Positions 63,401-64,000 of a stretch of DNA of 64,000 nucleotides are shown here, in pieces. This DNA comes from Thalia democratica (lineage: Eukaryota), in contig OZ241826.1 in assembly GCA_965202585.1 (NCBI GenBank), forward strand, positions 77,748,001 to 77,812,000. The letters run 5' to 3'. Each line of letters starts with the position of its first letter. Position 1 is the first letter of the stretch. The position numbers were made by a program, and so were the translations under genes. The notes beneath the pieces are model-generated. The model worked only from the letters and a program-made list of their open reading frames with translations. It did not search any database and was not told the origin of the DNA.

Positions 63401-63547
63401 CTTATACAAGAAAACTTTTCTGCATCGGACAAGGTTGAGCACTTCTGTGAAGGGAACTTTGTAGTAATTTGTTTTCTCCACGTCGGATGTAAGCTCATTG
63501 TCGCAACGTATGAACTTTATCAATTCTTGCTTTTCCCCGTCACTGAT
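54451..63547 (-). CDS. PRIM2: DNA primase large subunit, copy B; eight exons in the window, 5' part presumably beyond the right edge
   Basis: Exons complement(63401-63547, 61168-61248, 60719-60859, 59897-60079, 56362-56491, 55685-55836, 55398-55470, 54451-54623). The extra upstream exon [34 protein letters not shown] matches the PRIM2 segment preceding G(F/Q)AYVP. Confidence 0.95.
56555..57206. mobile_element. Palindromic (foldback) MITE with TA flanks in a PRIM2-B intron
   Basis: TA-GGGTGCATCTG ... CAGATGCACCC-TA; the arms are inverse complements over about 280 bp; absent from copy A. Confidence 0.8.
57720..58723. mobile_element. About 1 kb non-autonomous DNA element with TTTCCTGAC subterminal repeats
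   Basis: Termini CATGGTTGCCACA / CACGGTTGCCACA (reverse complement); flanks CGATTA / TGATTA may be a 6-bp TSD; absent from copy A. Confidence 0.65.
61334..61708. mobile_element. Palindromic MITE in a PRIM2-B intron
   Basis: GTTTAGCGCATC...GATGCGCTAAAC with nearly full-length inverted arms; absent from the matching intron of copy A. Confidence 0.75.
62460..62618 (-). mobile_element. tRNA-derived SINE (complete head) in a PRIM2-B intron
   Basis: Minus strand GAGTGTTG-TGGCTTAGTGG (A-box)-TTAAAGCGTCGCGCTTGTAATCCATTGGTA-GCAGGTTCAAGTCCTGC (T-arm/B-box)-TCATGCCA, followed by a non-tRNA body. Acceptor and anticodon stems are degenerate. Confidence 0.65.
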
Positions 63548-64000
63548 CTAATGTTAAATGACTAAAGTTACAACTCAAAAAATAACAAAAAATAAAATAT
63601 TAGGTCTTATTCTATTAAACAAAATGTTTATTACAAAAGTTACAGTTACTTAGTTTGGCCTATAAAAATTTTAACGAGATTGCAAACTGATATTCAACAA
63701 AATTATTTTTTCAAATTACAAACTATGCAAAAGTTAATAAAGAATATTAAAAATGTTTTGTAATGAAATACTTTTTCTAATCACTGATCTAGTGTTAATA
63801 GATGAAAGCTAGTATTATAGAAAAAAAACCTTAATAAATGTTACAAACGAAAATTAAATTTTAATATTAGGTTTATTCTACTAGATATATGGTTAAAAAA
63901 GATTTAACACAGGAATTAATTCAAATTTTGTTACAAACTATATTTTTAGATATGCTTTACTATATTCACCAAAATAAATTCAGTTTTTTTTTTCTCGATT

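Overview
Very AT-rich, intron-rich eukaryotic DNA, most likely an invertebrate animal; not prokaryotic. The window holds two tandem copies of one gene block: copy A (1-27426, running off the left edge) and copy B (about 32830-62553 and beyond). Each copy carries, left to right: (i) a 7+-exon minus-strand gene, mostly missed by the ORF track, for a single-pass receptor with a degenerate C-type-lectin-like ectodomain, three LC8-type QT motifs and a coiled-coil tail; (ii) head-to-head with it, a C-type-lectin-like membrane protein with an RSKR furin site and no visible signal peptide; (iii) an inverted pseudogene of (ii); (iv) a small basic orphan ORF; (v) the 3' exons of DNA primase large subunit (PRIM2). 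Between the copies is a GC-rich 1.8 kb uninterrupted ORF for a long-form RNase Z (ELAC2-like) with intact catalytic motifs but apparently no flexible arm and a degenerate PxKxRN loop. The A/B junction falls inside a tRNA-derived SINE head. Divergence between the copies is very uneven: PRIM2 exons differ at 22 of 933 nt (19 synonymous), while the two lectin-like proteins are only about 44% and 66% identical by manual alignment. This points to a deeply polymorphic paired-receptor (recognition-type) locus captured as two haplotypes or paralogs. Several copy-specific DNA transposons are present (MULE, hAT, Merlin-like, MITEs), two with exact empty sites in the other copy. All alignments and counts were made by eye; no database search was run.
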